In this document: positions 1 through 12,674 of the stretch, one piece after another
Position numbering within the stretch: the first letter of the stretch is position 1
Layout: the number at the start of each line of letters is the position of its first letter
Assembly: GCF_035084215.1 (NCBI RefSeq)
Contig: NC_090361.1
Span: 3,906,001-3,970,000, forward strand
Source of the DNA: Heptranchias perlo
Taxonomy: Eukaryota
Direction: 5' to 3'
DNA: 64,000 bases
Notes under the pieces: generated by a model
Told to the model about the DNA's origin: nothing
Databases searched by the model: none
What the model saw: only the letters and a program-made list of their open reading frames with translations
Position numbers and translations under genes: made by a program

Positions 1-1169
1 ACTCGACCACCGATCAAGGCCAGGGCCACAGTACTCCAGGGCGCTGTCGATGACTGACCAGCTGGCCCAGTTCATTAACAGGACCTCCTGGTTGGGAGGG
101 TAGCCTTCCCTCGACAAGCCACTATCCTAATGAGGTACAGGGGCCTTGGCTAGACGAGGGGCAAGAAGCTTAAAAGTGCCCTGTGCTCGTAAGCTATGCC
201 ATTTTTGGTTTTAAAAGTGCAACAATTGCCCTACGCACAAGTAGGAGTCTCTTAAGCTTTGGCTCTTGCCAACCTGCATCTAAATTCTCTGAGTTTATGA
301 AGTGCACCGTCCCTACGGGAGTGTGCAATCCACGACAGGAAATGGAAACTCTACAGATGTGCACTGCTCAGTAGTTTTACACGCTCAGAAACTCATCACC
401 ATGCTCAAGATATACCCAAACTAGACACCAAACAAAAATCTCCACAAGTGGGCAAGCAAGAGAACATTCATTGACTTGAACATCTTCTCAAGGTCCAAGA
501 TGCAGCCAACTGGGCTCTAGGGTTAGCTGCATTGGTATCCATGTTTACAGTCACACAAATGGTTTTGCCCATCGCCCTAACACATGGTAAGTAAAAATGA
601 GCAATAATGACAAAGACAACGCAATGCCTCGGTTAATTTTATTCAGAAAACTTCGGTGGACAGCCACAGGCCTTTAATGCAATACCAAACCACAATAGGA
701 AACATTAGGAAAGAAGATGGAGATAATTCTTGTGACTAGGTGACACTAAGCTGGGATTTTAAAAAACCTGCAATTTGGAATAAAAAAAGGATGGAAGCTA
801 GAGCAAAAGAATTGTTCATTCCACACTTTGTTCCGTAATTACTTAAAGATGCTCAGCGGCTTGTTTCTCAAACCAGATGTGGCATCAGGAAGGTATGGAG
901 CCAAAGCCAAGCACTTTCCACAATGAGGAAGGAAAATTTAAAATAGAAGGCAGATGGAGTCAACCCGAGTCAGACTCTCTCACCCCTAGATGCTTCCTTA
1001 CAATAGCCTTGGGAACAGGCTCATCCATTCGACTGAGGATGGACACGTGTCACATGAAACCTACAACAAGACTTGCCGGCCCCTTGGAATTCATTTTTAC
1101 AAAGGTTACCAGCAGTCCTTACAGGGTCATCAATAATTCCACCTTTCTCGAATCATCAATTCCCCAGCT

Positions 1170-2930
1170 CTCCCATAACCATTAATGTCCCAAACTCCAG
1201 TCTTTCCGAGATTGCTAGTGCCATAAAACCCAGTTTTTAAACCAAATCATTCTTTCCCACCTCATTAATACTCCCAACCCCAATCTTTTTCCGTTTATTA
1301 ATCTCAACCCTGGACCACTAATGCCCATCCTCAGTCTTTCCCAGATCATTAATACCCTCCAACCTTTTCTGGATCATTAATACTCTCCAACCGCAGCTTT
1401 TCCTGGATCATTAATTCCCAATCGCGGTCTATCCCAGATCATTAATATCCCAACCACAGTATTAATATTCCAAACCCAGCATCAATACTCCACTCTAGTA
1501 TTAATACCCTTCACCACAATATTAATGCCCCAGTATTAATAGCCACACCCTAATATTAGGACCTTTGACTGCATCATCAATACCCCCATCCCATACTAAT
1601 ACTTTTGACTACATCATTAATGCCCCCACCCCAAAACTAGCACCCTCAACTCCAGTATTAATACCCACCCCATTATTGGTACCCCTACATCAGTATTAAT
1701 ACCTCACCCTAATACTAGTACCCGACTTCAGAATATCCCACCCTAATACTAGTACCCCTGACACCAATATTAATACCCCACTCTAATATTAGAATTGACT
1801 CCAGAATTAATACCTTGCCTCAATACTTGTATTCCTGATTTCAGTATGAATACTCCACCCAATACTAGTATTCCTGACTCCAATGTTAATACCGCACCCC
1901 AATACTAATATTCCTGACTGCAGTATTAATACACCATCCCAATACTCATATTCCTGATTCCAGTATGAATACTCCACCCCAATACTAGTATTCCTGACTC
2001 TAATATTAATATCCAACCCCAATACTAGCACTTGACCAGTATTAATACCCCACCCCAATACTAGCACTTGACCAGTATTAATACCCCACCCCAATACTAG
2101 CACTTGACCAGTATTAATACCCCACCCCAATACTAGCACTTGACCAGTATTAATACCCCACCCCAATACTAGCACTTGACCAGTATTAATACCCCACCCC
2201 AATATTAGTACTTGACCAGTATTAATACCCCACCCCAATACTAGTATTCCTGACTCCAGTATTAATACCCCACCCCAATACTAGCACTTGACCAGTATTA
2301 ATACCCCACCCCAATACTAGTACTTGACCAGTATTAATACCCCACCCCAATACCAGCACTTGACCAGTATTAATACCCCACCCCAATACTAGCACTTGAC
2401 CAGTATTAATACCCCACCCCAATACTAGCACTTGACCAGTATTAATACCCCACCCCAATACTAGCACTTGACCAGTATTAATACCCCACCCCAATACCAG
2501 CACTTGACCAGTATTAATACCCCACCCCAATACTAGCACTTGACCAGTATTAATACCCCACCCCAATACTAGCACTTGACCAGTATTAATACCCCACCCC
2601 AATACTAGCACTTGACCAGTATTAATACCCCACCCCAATACCAGCACTTGACCAGTATTAATACCCCACCCCAATACTAGCACTTGACCAGTATTAATAC
2701 CCCACCCCAATACTAGCACTTGACCAGTATTAATACCCCACCCCAATACTAGCACTTGACCAGTATTAATACCCCACCCCAATACCAGCACTTGACCAGT
2801 ATTAATACCCCACCCCAATACTAGCACTTGACCAGTATTAATACCCCACCCCAATACTAGCACTTGACCAGTATTAATACCCCACCCCAATACTAGCACT
2901 TGACCAGTATTAATAGCCTTGACCAGTATG
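1170..2930. repeat. 36-bp minisatellite in PGLS intron 1 (unit CCAGTATTAATACCCCACCCCAATACTAGCACTTGA)
   Basis: About 25 near-identical units over ~2005-2930; progressively degenerate copies back to ~1170. The ORF track shows a 12-aa repeat (VLVLGWGINTGQ), confirming a 36-nt period. Confidence 0.95.
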
Positions 2931-2971
2931 AATCCACCCCATTGATTCCCTCAACCCCCCCCCGGCCTTAC

Positions 2972-3256
2972 CCGGTACAGTCCGCAGGTGCTGTCCGGAT
3001 TCTCGAAGGGGACGAGCCGCTCGTCACAGAAGCCCAGGACCCAGTGGCTCCAGTCGGCGCCGGGCTGCTGGGGCTCGCGGTCCCGGGCGGCGGGGAGCTC
3101 GGCCGCCAGCAGGGTCACCAGGCTGCCGCCCGACACCGACACGGCGAAGCGGCCGCGGCTCCGCACCGCCTGCCCGGCCTGGCCGAGCACGAAGCGGGCC
3201 AGGGCGGGGCCTAGCTCCCGGGCTGAGGGGAAGACGCGGACCTGCGGGGAAGACAT
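2972..3256 (-). CDS. PGLS: 6-phosphogluconolactonase, coding exon 1 (rest of gene beyond the left edge)
   Basis: MSSPQVRVF...FAVSVSGGSL...WSHWVLGFCDERLVPFENPDSTCGLYR has the SGGS and FCDERxVP motifs of 6PGL; 285 nt ending in phase 0 at CGG|GTAAGG; lies in a CpG island. Confidence 0.95.
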
Positions 3257-3765
3257 CGAAACTCTGGCCGGGGGAAGGCGAGGTGGCGCCCGGTTGCATC
3301 AAAAGGAAAAAGCCGCACCGCCCACCACTGACAACACGCAACCTGATTGGCTAATCGCGCTGTCCATCATCCCAGGTTCAAATCTGATTAAACAATTCCA
3401 ACGTCAATCATTTGTATGACATCCAATAGGCGAAGGCCTCCCGTTTACTGACGTTTGATTGGATGAAACGCGGAAGTCCCAACCCTCGGTACAATCTGAT
3501 TGGTGCTGGACCATCACCAGAGCAACACCCGCCTCCGATTATGTCCGATTGGTTGACGAGGATGCCAATCCTTGGCGCTTCGGGGCTCTGATTGGTGAAT
3601 TGGTAACATCAGAGCCCCCCCCCCCCCCCACTTTACAGACCCGCCCCCAAACACCCAGGGCGAGTCCAAAGTTCCGGTGGGGGGGGGGGGGGAAGAGCGG
3701 ACTCATCCAATTAGGGTATATTCTGGGGGGAGGGAGAGTATGCTGGAACAAATCAGCCAATGCTG
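3257..3765 (-). promoter_or_regulatory. PGLS CpG-island promoter with CCAAT array, ETS site and CRE-like site
   Basis: CCAAT/ATTGG at 3346, 3423, 3458, 3499, 3548, 3565, 3591, 3599, 3707, 3757; CGGAAGT at 3471; TGACGT at 3449. Confidence 0.75.
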
Positions 3766-3837
3766 GACATACAGAGCAGGTGAGTCAGCATTTGTGGAGG
3801 GACAAAGCTGGTTCAGGTGTGGGGTGTCTGCAACAGG

Positions 3838-4225
3838 AACAACAATGTGCATTTATATAGCGCCTTTAACACAGTAAAACGTCCCAAGGCGCTTCACTGG
3901 AGCGATTATCAAACAAAATTTAACACCGAGCCACATAAGGAGATATTAGGACAGGTGACCAAAAGCTTGGTCAAAGAGGTAGGTTTTAAGGAGCGTCTTA
4001 AAAGAGGAGAGAGAGGCGGAGAGGTTTAGGGAGGGAATTCCAGAGCTTAGGGCCTGGGCAGCTGAAGGCACGGCCGCCAATGGTGGAGCGATGAAAATCG
4101 GGGATGTGCAAGAGGCCAGAATTGGAGGAACGCAGAGATCTCGGAGGATTGTAGGGCTGGAGGAGGTTAGAGAGATAGGGAGGGGCGAGGCCATAGAGGG
4201 ATTTGAAAACATGGAGAACTTTAAA
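3838..4225 (-). mobile_element. L2-clade LINE 3' fragment
   Basis: Encodes VFKSLYGLAPPYL...RSLRSS...GGRAFS..GPKLWNSLP (L2-type ORF2 C-terminus) and has a TAAATGCA..TTGTT tail; many copies in the window. Confidence 0.85.
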
Positions 4226-4574
4226 ATCAGGATTTAGTAACCACATTTTTGCCATTCCAGTTGCTTTGCTCTACAAAAGATTGTGCCGAATCAGATGGGA
4301 GAGCTGGCAAGTGACACCAGTGATGTCACTGGGCAAAGTTAATAAAACTAAACACAATCCTTTGCCTGCAAAATGTTTAACAGTTTAGTACTTAAATAGC
4401 CATCTACATTCTTTATTGCAGTGAAGCTGAATTACTGTATATACATTCTTAAAAAGTGTATTAGCTACCCTGGTTAGTCCAGTCAGCAGAAACATGCCTC
4501 TTCCTGAAATGATTCTGCAATGCATTGAGTCTCCCAGTGCTCCTGCATTGTCATAATGGTAGACGTAGACATAG

Positions 4575-4880
4575 AGAAGATATTTCCACTTGTGGGGGTG
4601 TCCAAAACTAGAGGTCATAAATATAAGATAGTCACTAATAAATCCAATAAGGAATTCAGGAGAAACTTCTTTATCCAAAGAGTGGTAAGAACATGGAACC
4701 TGCTACCATAAGGAGTAGTTGAGGCAAATAGCATAGATGTATTTAAGGGGAAGTTAGATAAGCACATGGGGGAGAAAGAAATAGAAGGGTATGTTGATAG
4801 GGTTAGATGAAGTAGGGAGGGAGGAGGCAGCTGTGGAGCATCGACCAGTTGGGCCGAATGGCCTGTTTCTATGCTGTAGA
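4575..4880 (+). mobile_element. CR1 LINE 3' fragment
   Basis: RNFFIQRVVRTWNLLP-like coding remnant followed by the GGGCCGAATGGCCTG 3' UTR stem. Confidence 0.75.
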
Positions 4881-5384
4881 CGCGATGTCTATAACGGTAG
4901 TGTTGTCTGGACCAGTAACTCAGAGGTTGAGAGTTTAAATCCCACCATAGCAACTTCTGAAACTGAATTCGATAAATCTGGTAATTTGTGACCTAGCGCC
5001 AGGAAAGAACGAAAAGCTGCTGGACTGTTGTAGCCAATCGAGGACTTGGGTGCATAGTCTAGACTGGTGTTCCAGCCCAGTCTGCTGGAGGATTGAATTG
5101 GTGAACGTGCTATCTTTCAGATGGGACATTAAACTGAGGTCCCATGTGCCTATTCAGGTGGATGTAAAAGGTTCCATGGCACACTTGAAGAACAGCGTCC
5201 TGGCCAACATTCATCCCTCAACTAATACCACCAAATTAGATTGACTGGTCATCATCTTATTGCTGTCCAATCATTCTTTGACTATCCTGTAATCACTAAA
5301 TTCTTTTTAAAATTTTCCAATATGACCTAATCTTTCCATTCATTCATTGGATAGAGCTCGATATACTCCTTTCCCTTTACTGGA

Positions 5385-5803
5385 ATACACTCTCATCTGA
5401 GTCAGAAGGTCATGGATTCAAACCCAGAGATTTGACCACATAATCCAGGCTGAGGGAGTGCTGCACTGTCAGAGGCGGCGTCCTTCAGATGAGATGTTAA
5501 ACAGAGGCCCTGTCTGCCCTCTCAGGTGGACGTAAAAGATCCCATGGCATTTTTTTTTGAAGAAGAGCAGGGGAGTTCTCCCTGGTGTCCTGGCCAATAT
5601 TTACCCTCAATCAACATCACTAAAACAGATTATCTGATTATTACCTCATTGCTGTTTGTGGGATCTTGCTATGCACAAATTGGCTGCCGCGTTTCCTACA
5701 TTACAATAATGACTACACTTCAAAAGTACTTCATTGGCTGTAAAGCGCTTTGGGACGCCCTGAGATCATCAAAGGTGCGAAATAAATGCAAGTCTTTCCT
5801 TTT
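5385..5803 (+). mobile_element. tRNA-derived DeuSINE (SacSINE1/AmnSINE1-like)
   Basis: Core GAGGGAGTGCTGCACTGTC...CAGGTGGACGTAAAAGATCCCATGGCA...GAAGAAGAGCAGGGGAGTTCTCC with an L2-like 3' tail; repeated throughout the window. Confidence 0.8.
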
Positions 5804-6119
5804 ATTTGTACTCTTTCCATCTCGTTAATTATTTCAAATTGCTGAGCCATGGTTCTATTTGTCTATTTTTCTGTCCATTTAATCTGGACAAGCTCTCTTT
5901 TTTATCTTGCAATAATTCACTTTTTCCAGTCTGTTACCCTTGTCCTCAACTTTTTCTTTTTCCTTTTCCATTTTTGCACAGAAACCTAATTATATTCTGG
6001 TCACTGCTTCCAAAACTTCTACACCAACATTATCTGCTTCACTTACCAGAATGAGTCAAGTGGTGCTTCCATTGTACATTTCTTGTTTTTGCATCTTGTT
6101 GGAATAATATGTTGAACAT

Positions 6120-6535
6120 GGAGAGGGTGCAGAGGTGCAGAGTTATGTGGGGAGACTGGAGAAGCTGTGGTTGGTCTCCTCGGAGCACAGAATATTAAAG
6201 GGAGATTTAATAAAGATATACAAAATTATGAGGGTTTTGATAGAGTAGACAGGGAGAAACAGTTTCCACTGGCAGGATTTAAAATAATTGGCAAGAAAGC
6301 CGGAGGGGAGATGAGAACTTTAAAAAAAAACTCAGCGAGTTGTTCTGATCTCGAATGCACTGCCTGAGAGGGCGGTGGAAGCAGATTCAATAATATTCAA
6401 AAGGGAATTGGATAAATACTTAAGAAGGAAAAATATGCAGGGCTATGGGAAAGTGCAGGGGAATGGGATTAATTGGATAGCTTTCACAGGCACAATGGGC
6501 CGAATGGCCTCCTTTTGCGCTGTATGATTCTATAT
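6120..6535 (+). mobile_element. CR1 LINE 3' fragment
   Basis: Degenerate ORF2 C-terminus ending GGGCCGAATGGCCTCC...TATGATTCTAT. Confidence 0.75.
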
Positions 6536-7767
6536 GTTGACTTAAAGGGCCTCTATCCATAAATTGCTGAAAAGGATTTGGAAAAAAAAACTGTAAATTA
6601 AAAAATAAAACATGTCCTATTAAAAGGGGCGTTGCTGCCCACCAGACTGGGAAGGTCCAGGTTGCATGAACCCGATCTGCCCTCCACACATTAGTTCCCC
6701 AATCACAGTTGGTAAAATAAAAATCAGGCACTTTCACACAAGGGGAAATGGAAGGAAAAAGCAAAAGGTTTATCTCCAGGGCATCCTTGTATATCTCCGT
6801 ATGCTTTACCTCACAAAACGGTCTTATGAACAGTAACGCTGAAATGGAAACCCATTACCTCCATTCGCTGGTCTCCTGTTCGTTGTCGTTGCGATTAATC
6901 AAGGCCTTTAGCAAGCCAGACCCATGATTTTCATAACTAAAAGGGAGGGGAATCCAACTCCACAAAAATGTGGGTTTCTGATGTAGTTCAGTCTCCAGCA
7001 CTCAGATCCGATGGGGTTACAGAATGTTGGTGAGTCTCCTGTGGATGGCACTCCTCCAATGTAAGAGTGCTTTGAGTGGGGTATTGGTTGAGGTTTGGAA
7101 GCAAAGCTGTCAGGTTGCCCTCGGGACTGTTCATTGAGAATCTTGGTAAATACTTTACCCCATGGCCCAGGCCCATGCATGTGGCCCTTAACAATCTGCA
7201 GGAAGTTTCATTCACAAATAACTGGAACACTGGAGGAAATTTCAAAGCAGTCCCTTGGCAGACTAGAATTTGTTCATTGTAGAAACTTGAGAGTGATTGA
7301 TTCAGCAGAGAATGCTGAGGGTTTAAGAGGCTGAATTTTCATGACAGGGAATGAAAATACAGTTTACAGAAATCAAAAAAGCAGTAGGTTTTTCAGCTTC
7401 GGACAAAGTAACAGGATTACTGAAACAGATTCACTTGGAAAGCAGACTGTAGGAGAGAGTAGCTTTATATAAAAAAAACTCTTAAGAATCTGATATTCTG
7501 TTTCTACAAATAGACGTCTCACAGCCAAATAAATAAATCTGCGTCAGAATTTCACTGGTTTTCTCAGGAACATTTGTATGTGTGATTCTGAACCGCAGTG
7601 ATTTAAACAACTTATAGCATCTTTTGCATAACAAACATCCCAACCCAGTTTGCTAGGGGGGGTGGTGGATGACGAGCAGAGAGCAAGGGAGGTGTGTGGG
7701 TGAGCTCGCCAAAGGACGAACGAACAAACAAACAAACCTCAATTTATATAGCACTTTTCACAAACCT

Positions 7768-8556
7768 CAGGCTGTCTCCGGTCCCCGCCACTGACTCCAA
7801 CCCTCTCCCTGGCCACTGTCTGAGGCTGAACAAGACTGTTCAACCTCAGACACCAAGAACAACCTTGGTGTACTATTTGACCCGGAGTTGAACTTCCGAC
7901 CCCATATCATCTCCATCGCCAAGACCGCCTACTTCCACCTTCGTAACATTGCCCGTCTCCGCCCCCGCCTCAGCTCATTGCTGCTGAAACCCTCATCCGT
8001 GCCTTTGTTACCTCCAGACTGGACTATTCCAATGCTCTCCTGGCCGGCATCCCATCTTCCACCCTCCATAAACTTCAGCTCAACCAAAACCGTGCTGCCC
8101 ATATCCTGACTCGCATCAAGTCCCGTTCATCCATCACCCCTGTGCTCGCTGACCTACATTGGCTCCCGGTCCGGGAACGCCTCAATTTTAAAATTCTCAT
8201 CCTTGTTTTCAAATCACTCCATGTCCTCGCCCCTCCCCATCTCTGTAACCTCCTCCAGCCCTACAACCCTCCGAGATCTCTGCGCTCCTCCAATTCTGGC
8301 CTCTTGTGCATCCCCAATTTTTAATCACTCCACCATTGGCGGCCGTGCCTTCAGCTGCTTAGGCTCTAGGCTCTGGAATTCCCTCTCTAAACCTCTCCGC
8401 CTCTCGCTCGTCCTTTAAGATGCTCCTTAAAACCTACCTCTGTGACCATCACCTGTCCTAATACCTCCTTATGTGGCTTGGTGTCAAATTTTGTTTGATA
8501 ATGCTCGTGAAGCACCTTAAGAAGTTTAAAGGCGCTATATAAATGCAAGTTGTTGT
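7768..8556 (+). mobile_element. L2-clade LINE 3' fragment
   Basis: [15 protein letters not shown]...LADLHWLPVRERLNFKILILVFKSLH...GGRAFS; ends TAAATGCAAGTTGTTGT. Confidence 0.88.
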
Positions 8557-10694
8557 CTCAAATCGCCTCACTGCCAATGATACTTTTTGAAGTGTAGTCA
8601 GTGTTGAAATGTACGAAACACAGCATTTACCGGTTTTATTTAAATGAAACCACCTGGATCTCAGTTTGACAGAGTGCGTATTCAATCTGCTTTTCGAAGG
8701 AGAATTCCGTCGCAGTCGGTCATACGTTCCAGTGGCCGGTGTAGAGTAAGGGTCCTCTGTTGCAATCCCTGGGTGTCAGTATCGTTTACCTAAATAGTGG
8801 GCTGGTTTACAGCGCACTCAGGATTGTGGGGGATATGAATTCCACCTACAAGAGTGAGTGGTGACGCGGAACCCAAGATAACATCTAGTGTAAAAGCCCC
8901 AAAATGTGACACATGTACATAAGTCTGGTGACTCTTAACCTCTGGCCCGTTAAGTGCAACCTTCTCCAAAGTTTCGACAATTTGGGTACCGTTCCAGAGG
9001 AACCCACGCAGACACCGAATATTTAAGGCACACAATGTTTAATCGCACTTCCACCACTAGAGGCATCATACAGAATACAATACTCTGGAAAGCAGTGCAG
9101 TTCACAGGTCTAAGTAACAGTGACTGGGTTGGTTATAACTTGCTTAGGAAAATCAATGTTAAGACACATCAAAAATCCTTCAAAGGAAGAGGGGGAAACC
9201 AATTACCATTGGTGAAATCATTCCTTTTGTTTTATGCTTCACACCTATTGCTTTTTAACATCAGGGTTTCTTAACTATTTATTATTCCTCCAGTCAGAAC
9301 ACCCTGTGCTTACTCATTTCGAGGAAGCTATGCAGCTTAAAACATATTTTTCCTGCTAAAAATTACATTTGTGCTTCTCCTGTCAGCAAAATCCAAACTC
9401 ATCATGAAACTGAAGTGCATATCCCTTTGGACAAACCCCACAACAATCGGCAAGACACTTTCAATACTTTTCCACAGCAGAGCACATAGAAAGTATACTT
9501 GACAAGTCCTATGAGTTTTTAATATTCCTTGTACAAGGCCACATTCTGTACATTAAGAAAATACAATCCTTAAAACGGGAGTTAGATTTCAGAAATCATT
9601 ACTAGTGTCTCACTTGCATTTTGACTAGAGCTGCATTAGCTTCATAAACTACCATCACTTGGTTGGAGTTAAAAAAAAGACACAGTCTTTGCCAAGAATT
9701 CAAATTTGCTTCCCTTCATTCCCACTATAGAGTTTTTGATCCCGATTCAAGCATAATTCACTGGCTGAGTGGACCCAAAGTTATGTTTGTAAAAACATTT
9801 TGCACTAGTGTTGCTACTTACATCAAAAGCAAGGCTGTGGTACAAATCGGTAATCCTGGTTCTGATATGCGGGCCTAGGCTTTCTGACCCCTCCCTCTCC
9901 CCCTTGATTGAGGCATATCTCAGGTGAGATGGGACTTCTGCCTATCCCACAGATGCCCTGCTGATCCTGGCTGTATGTCTGGCCCACAGGGCAGGGGGGG
10001 GAAAAAAAAGAGGGGTCATTTACATGTGGGAGATGGGCTTGAGGGAAGAGACTTGCTACAGCATCAAATTCCTGATAATTTTTTCCTTGCAGGAAAAGCA
10101 ATGCCACTGAAGGGGGCCTGTGTACTGCCCTGCTACGAGAGCACTTGCCAGGGCCCCTCTTCTGCTGGTGGGGAGAGGGCGGCAGAAAGCCTAGGCCGCA
10201 GTTGCATGACAAACTATTTACATGTCGATTTTTTTTTTAAAAACTGAACCCTTGTGCGGTCACTAAATATAACATTCAAACCCTTCCTCCACTAAGGACC
10301 ACACTGCCCTCACACACTGGCCTGCAGAGGCAACCATTTCCACAATCTATGGGGAATCTTACCCTTCTGCTTGCAGCTTTGGTTCAGGAGTGGCTTTTGC
10401 CTGGGCCTGGAAGCAAGTCACTTTACTGACTCAACTATTTGGGGTTGGGGAGGTAAAAGAGGCAGACATTTGAAAAAGATATTTGTCCCAAAAAATTAGA
10501 AGCAGGTTTTATACAAGTGAGGATGTTTTAAAAAGTGCGGCCAGATCAAGAATGGGAAGCAGAAAGCTCTGGTGTAACTAAGCCACTGAAAGCAGGTGAT
10601 CCCAGGTCTGTACTGAGTTAGTTGGTCTCAAATAGGATAGCAGCAAGGGTGCGACAGATGGCCTATGTGACCCTGAGTAAGTAAACAAAGAGTG

Positions 10695-11930
10695 CAATGG
10701 GATATCGACAAGTTAAGTGAGTGGGCAAGAAGGTGGCAGATGGAGTATAATGTGGGGAAATGTGAGGTTATTCACTTTGGTAGGAAAAAACAGAAAAACT
10801 GAATATTTTTTAAATGGTGAGAAACTATTAAATGTTGGTGTTCAGAGAGATTTAGGTGTCCTTGTACGTGAAACACAGGAAGTTAACATGCAGGTACAGC
10901 AAGCAATTAGGAAGGCAAATGGTATGTTGGCCTTTATTGCAAGGGGGTTGGAGTACAAGAGTTAAGGAAGTTTTGCTGCAATTGTACAGGGCTTTGGTGA
11001 GACATCACCTGGAATACTGTGTGCAGTTTTGGTCTCCTTACCTAAGGAAGGATACATTTGCCTTAGAGGCGGTGCAACAAAGGTTCACTAGATTGATTTC
11101 CTGGGATGAGAGGGTTGTCCTATGTGGAGAGATTGACTAGATTGGGCCTATACTCTCTGGAGTTTAGAAGAATGAGAGGTGATCCCATTGAAACATATAA
11201 GATTCTAAGAGGGCTTGACAGGGTAGATACTGAGAGGATGTTTCCCCTGGCTGGAGAGTCTAGAACTAGGGGACAGTCTCAGGATAAGAGGTCGGCCATT
11301 TAGGACTGAAATGAGGAGGAATTTCTTTAACAAGAAGTTGCATTTATATAGCGCTTTTAACATATAAAATGTCCCAAGGCGCTTCACAGGAGCATTATCA
11401 AACAAAATTTCACATTGAGCCACATAAGGAGGTATTAGGACAGAGTCAAAGAGGTAGGTTTTTAGGACTGTCTTAAAGGAGGAGAGAGAGGCAGAGAGGT
11501 TTAGGGAGGGAATTCCAGAGCTTAGGGCCTAAGCAGCTGAAGGCACAGCCGCCAATGGTGCAGCGATGAAAATCAGGGATACGCAAGAGGCCAGAATTGG
11601 AGAAGCGCAGAGATCACGGAGGGTTGTAGGGCTGGAGGAGGTTACAGAGCTAGGGAGGGATCTGAAAACAAGGACGAGAATTCTTCACTCAGAGGGTCGT
11701 GAATATTTGGAATTCTCTACCCCAGAGGGCTGTGGATGCTCAGTCATTGAGTATATTCAAGACTGAGATCGATAGATTTTTGGACTTTAGGGGAATCAAG
11801 GGATATGGGGATCGGGCAGGAAAGTGGAGTTGAGGTCGAAGATCAGCATTGATCTTATTGAATGGCAGAGCAGACTCGAGGGGCCATATGGCCTACTCCT
11901 GCTCCTATTTCCTATGTTCTCATGTTCTGA
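10695..11930 (+). mobile_element. CR1 LINE 3' fragment interrupted by an L2 insertion
   Basis: QRDLGVLV...KANGMLAFIARG...LYRALVR..LEYCVQFWSP..RKD...LERMRGD; tail CCTATGTTCTCATGTTCT; L2 at ~11330-11685. Confidence 0.88.
11330..11685 (-). mobile_element. L2 3' fragment nested in CR1
   Basis: Same L2 3' end as 3838-4225; splits the CR1 at GAATTTCTT/GAATTCTT. Confidence 0.8.
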
Positions 11931-12580
11931 GCTAGGGAGCAGAGGGGGATAAAAAACATCAGGCAGTGTTTCCGCTCCTGGTCATTATCCAGTCACTCCT
12001 GCCGGAAAGCATGCAAGTGTGGACGTCAGGGTTGGACTTTGCAGCGACCGGCAACACTCGATCCCAACACCCAAATGAAGAACATCTATTTGGGTGGGTG
12101 AGGTATCAGAGGGTGAGGGGTGTTTGTAGAGCTTGAGTCAGTGTCTTTTAGAGAGAGCAGGGGAGAAAAACAGAGAGGACAGGGACAGAGTGTTTTATAC
12201 CCCTTCTCTGATCTGTTATAATTTAGCTGAGGTAATGATACAGTATGATCCAAGGTATGGGCTATCAAGAATATTTACTACAAGAGTGGCACTGGATGCT
12301 ACTTGCAACCCTCTTCCCCCTAAACCTGTGTCCTTCAGTGGAGTTGCTGTCTCTGGGCCTATATTCAAGTCATCTCCAGTTATGGGATGTCACCAGAGCT
12401 AAGATTCAGTGCTGTTTGCTCACCCTTTGTTGTCTAGCGAGAGGAAAAGCAAAGGAATTTGATTAGGAAGTGTGACTATCTCAACATCCTTAGATGTGGA
12501 GATGCCGGTGATGGACTGGGGTTGACAACTGTAAACAATTTTACAACACCAAGTTATAGTCCAACAATTTTATTTTTAAT

Positions 12581-12617
12581 CCCACAAGCTTTCGGAGGCT
12601 TCCCCCTTCCTCAGGTG
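12581..12617 (-). ncRNA. Minimal hammerhead ribozyme motif (SLC27A1 sense strand)
   Basis: CAC-CUGAGGA-A-GGGGG-AAG-CCUCC-GAAA-GC-UU-GUG: stem I CAC/GUG, CUGANGA core, stem II, GAAA, palindromic AGCU helix III. Confidence 0.7.
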
Positions 12618-12639
12618 AGGAAGGGGGAAGCCTCCACAC

Positions 12640-12674
12640 CACCTGAGGAAGGGGGAAGCCTCCGAAAGCTTGTG
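12640..12674 (+). ncRNA. Minimal hammerhead ribozyme motif (plus-strand mirror copy)
   Basis: Exact reverse complement of the 12583-12617 motif. Confidence 0.7.

Noticed and set aside
1807-2899. ORFs of repeated VLVLGWGINTGQ; superficially CRISPR-like array
   Set aside because: Translation of a 36-bp minisatellite; no unique spacers, no cas genes, vertebrate intron.
6908-7340. Cluster of 70-90-aa ORFs in unique sequence
   Set aside because: No recognisable protein similarity or convincing splice sites; probably UTR or intergenic.
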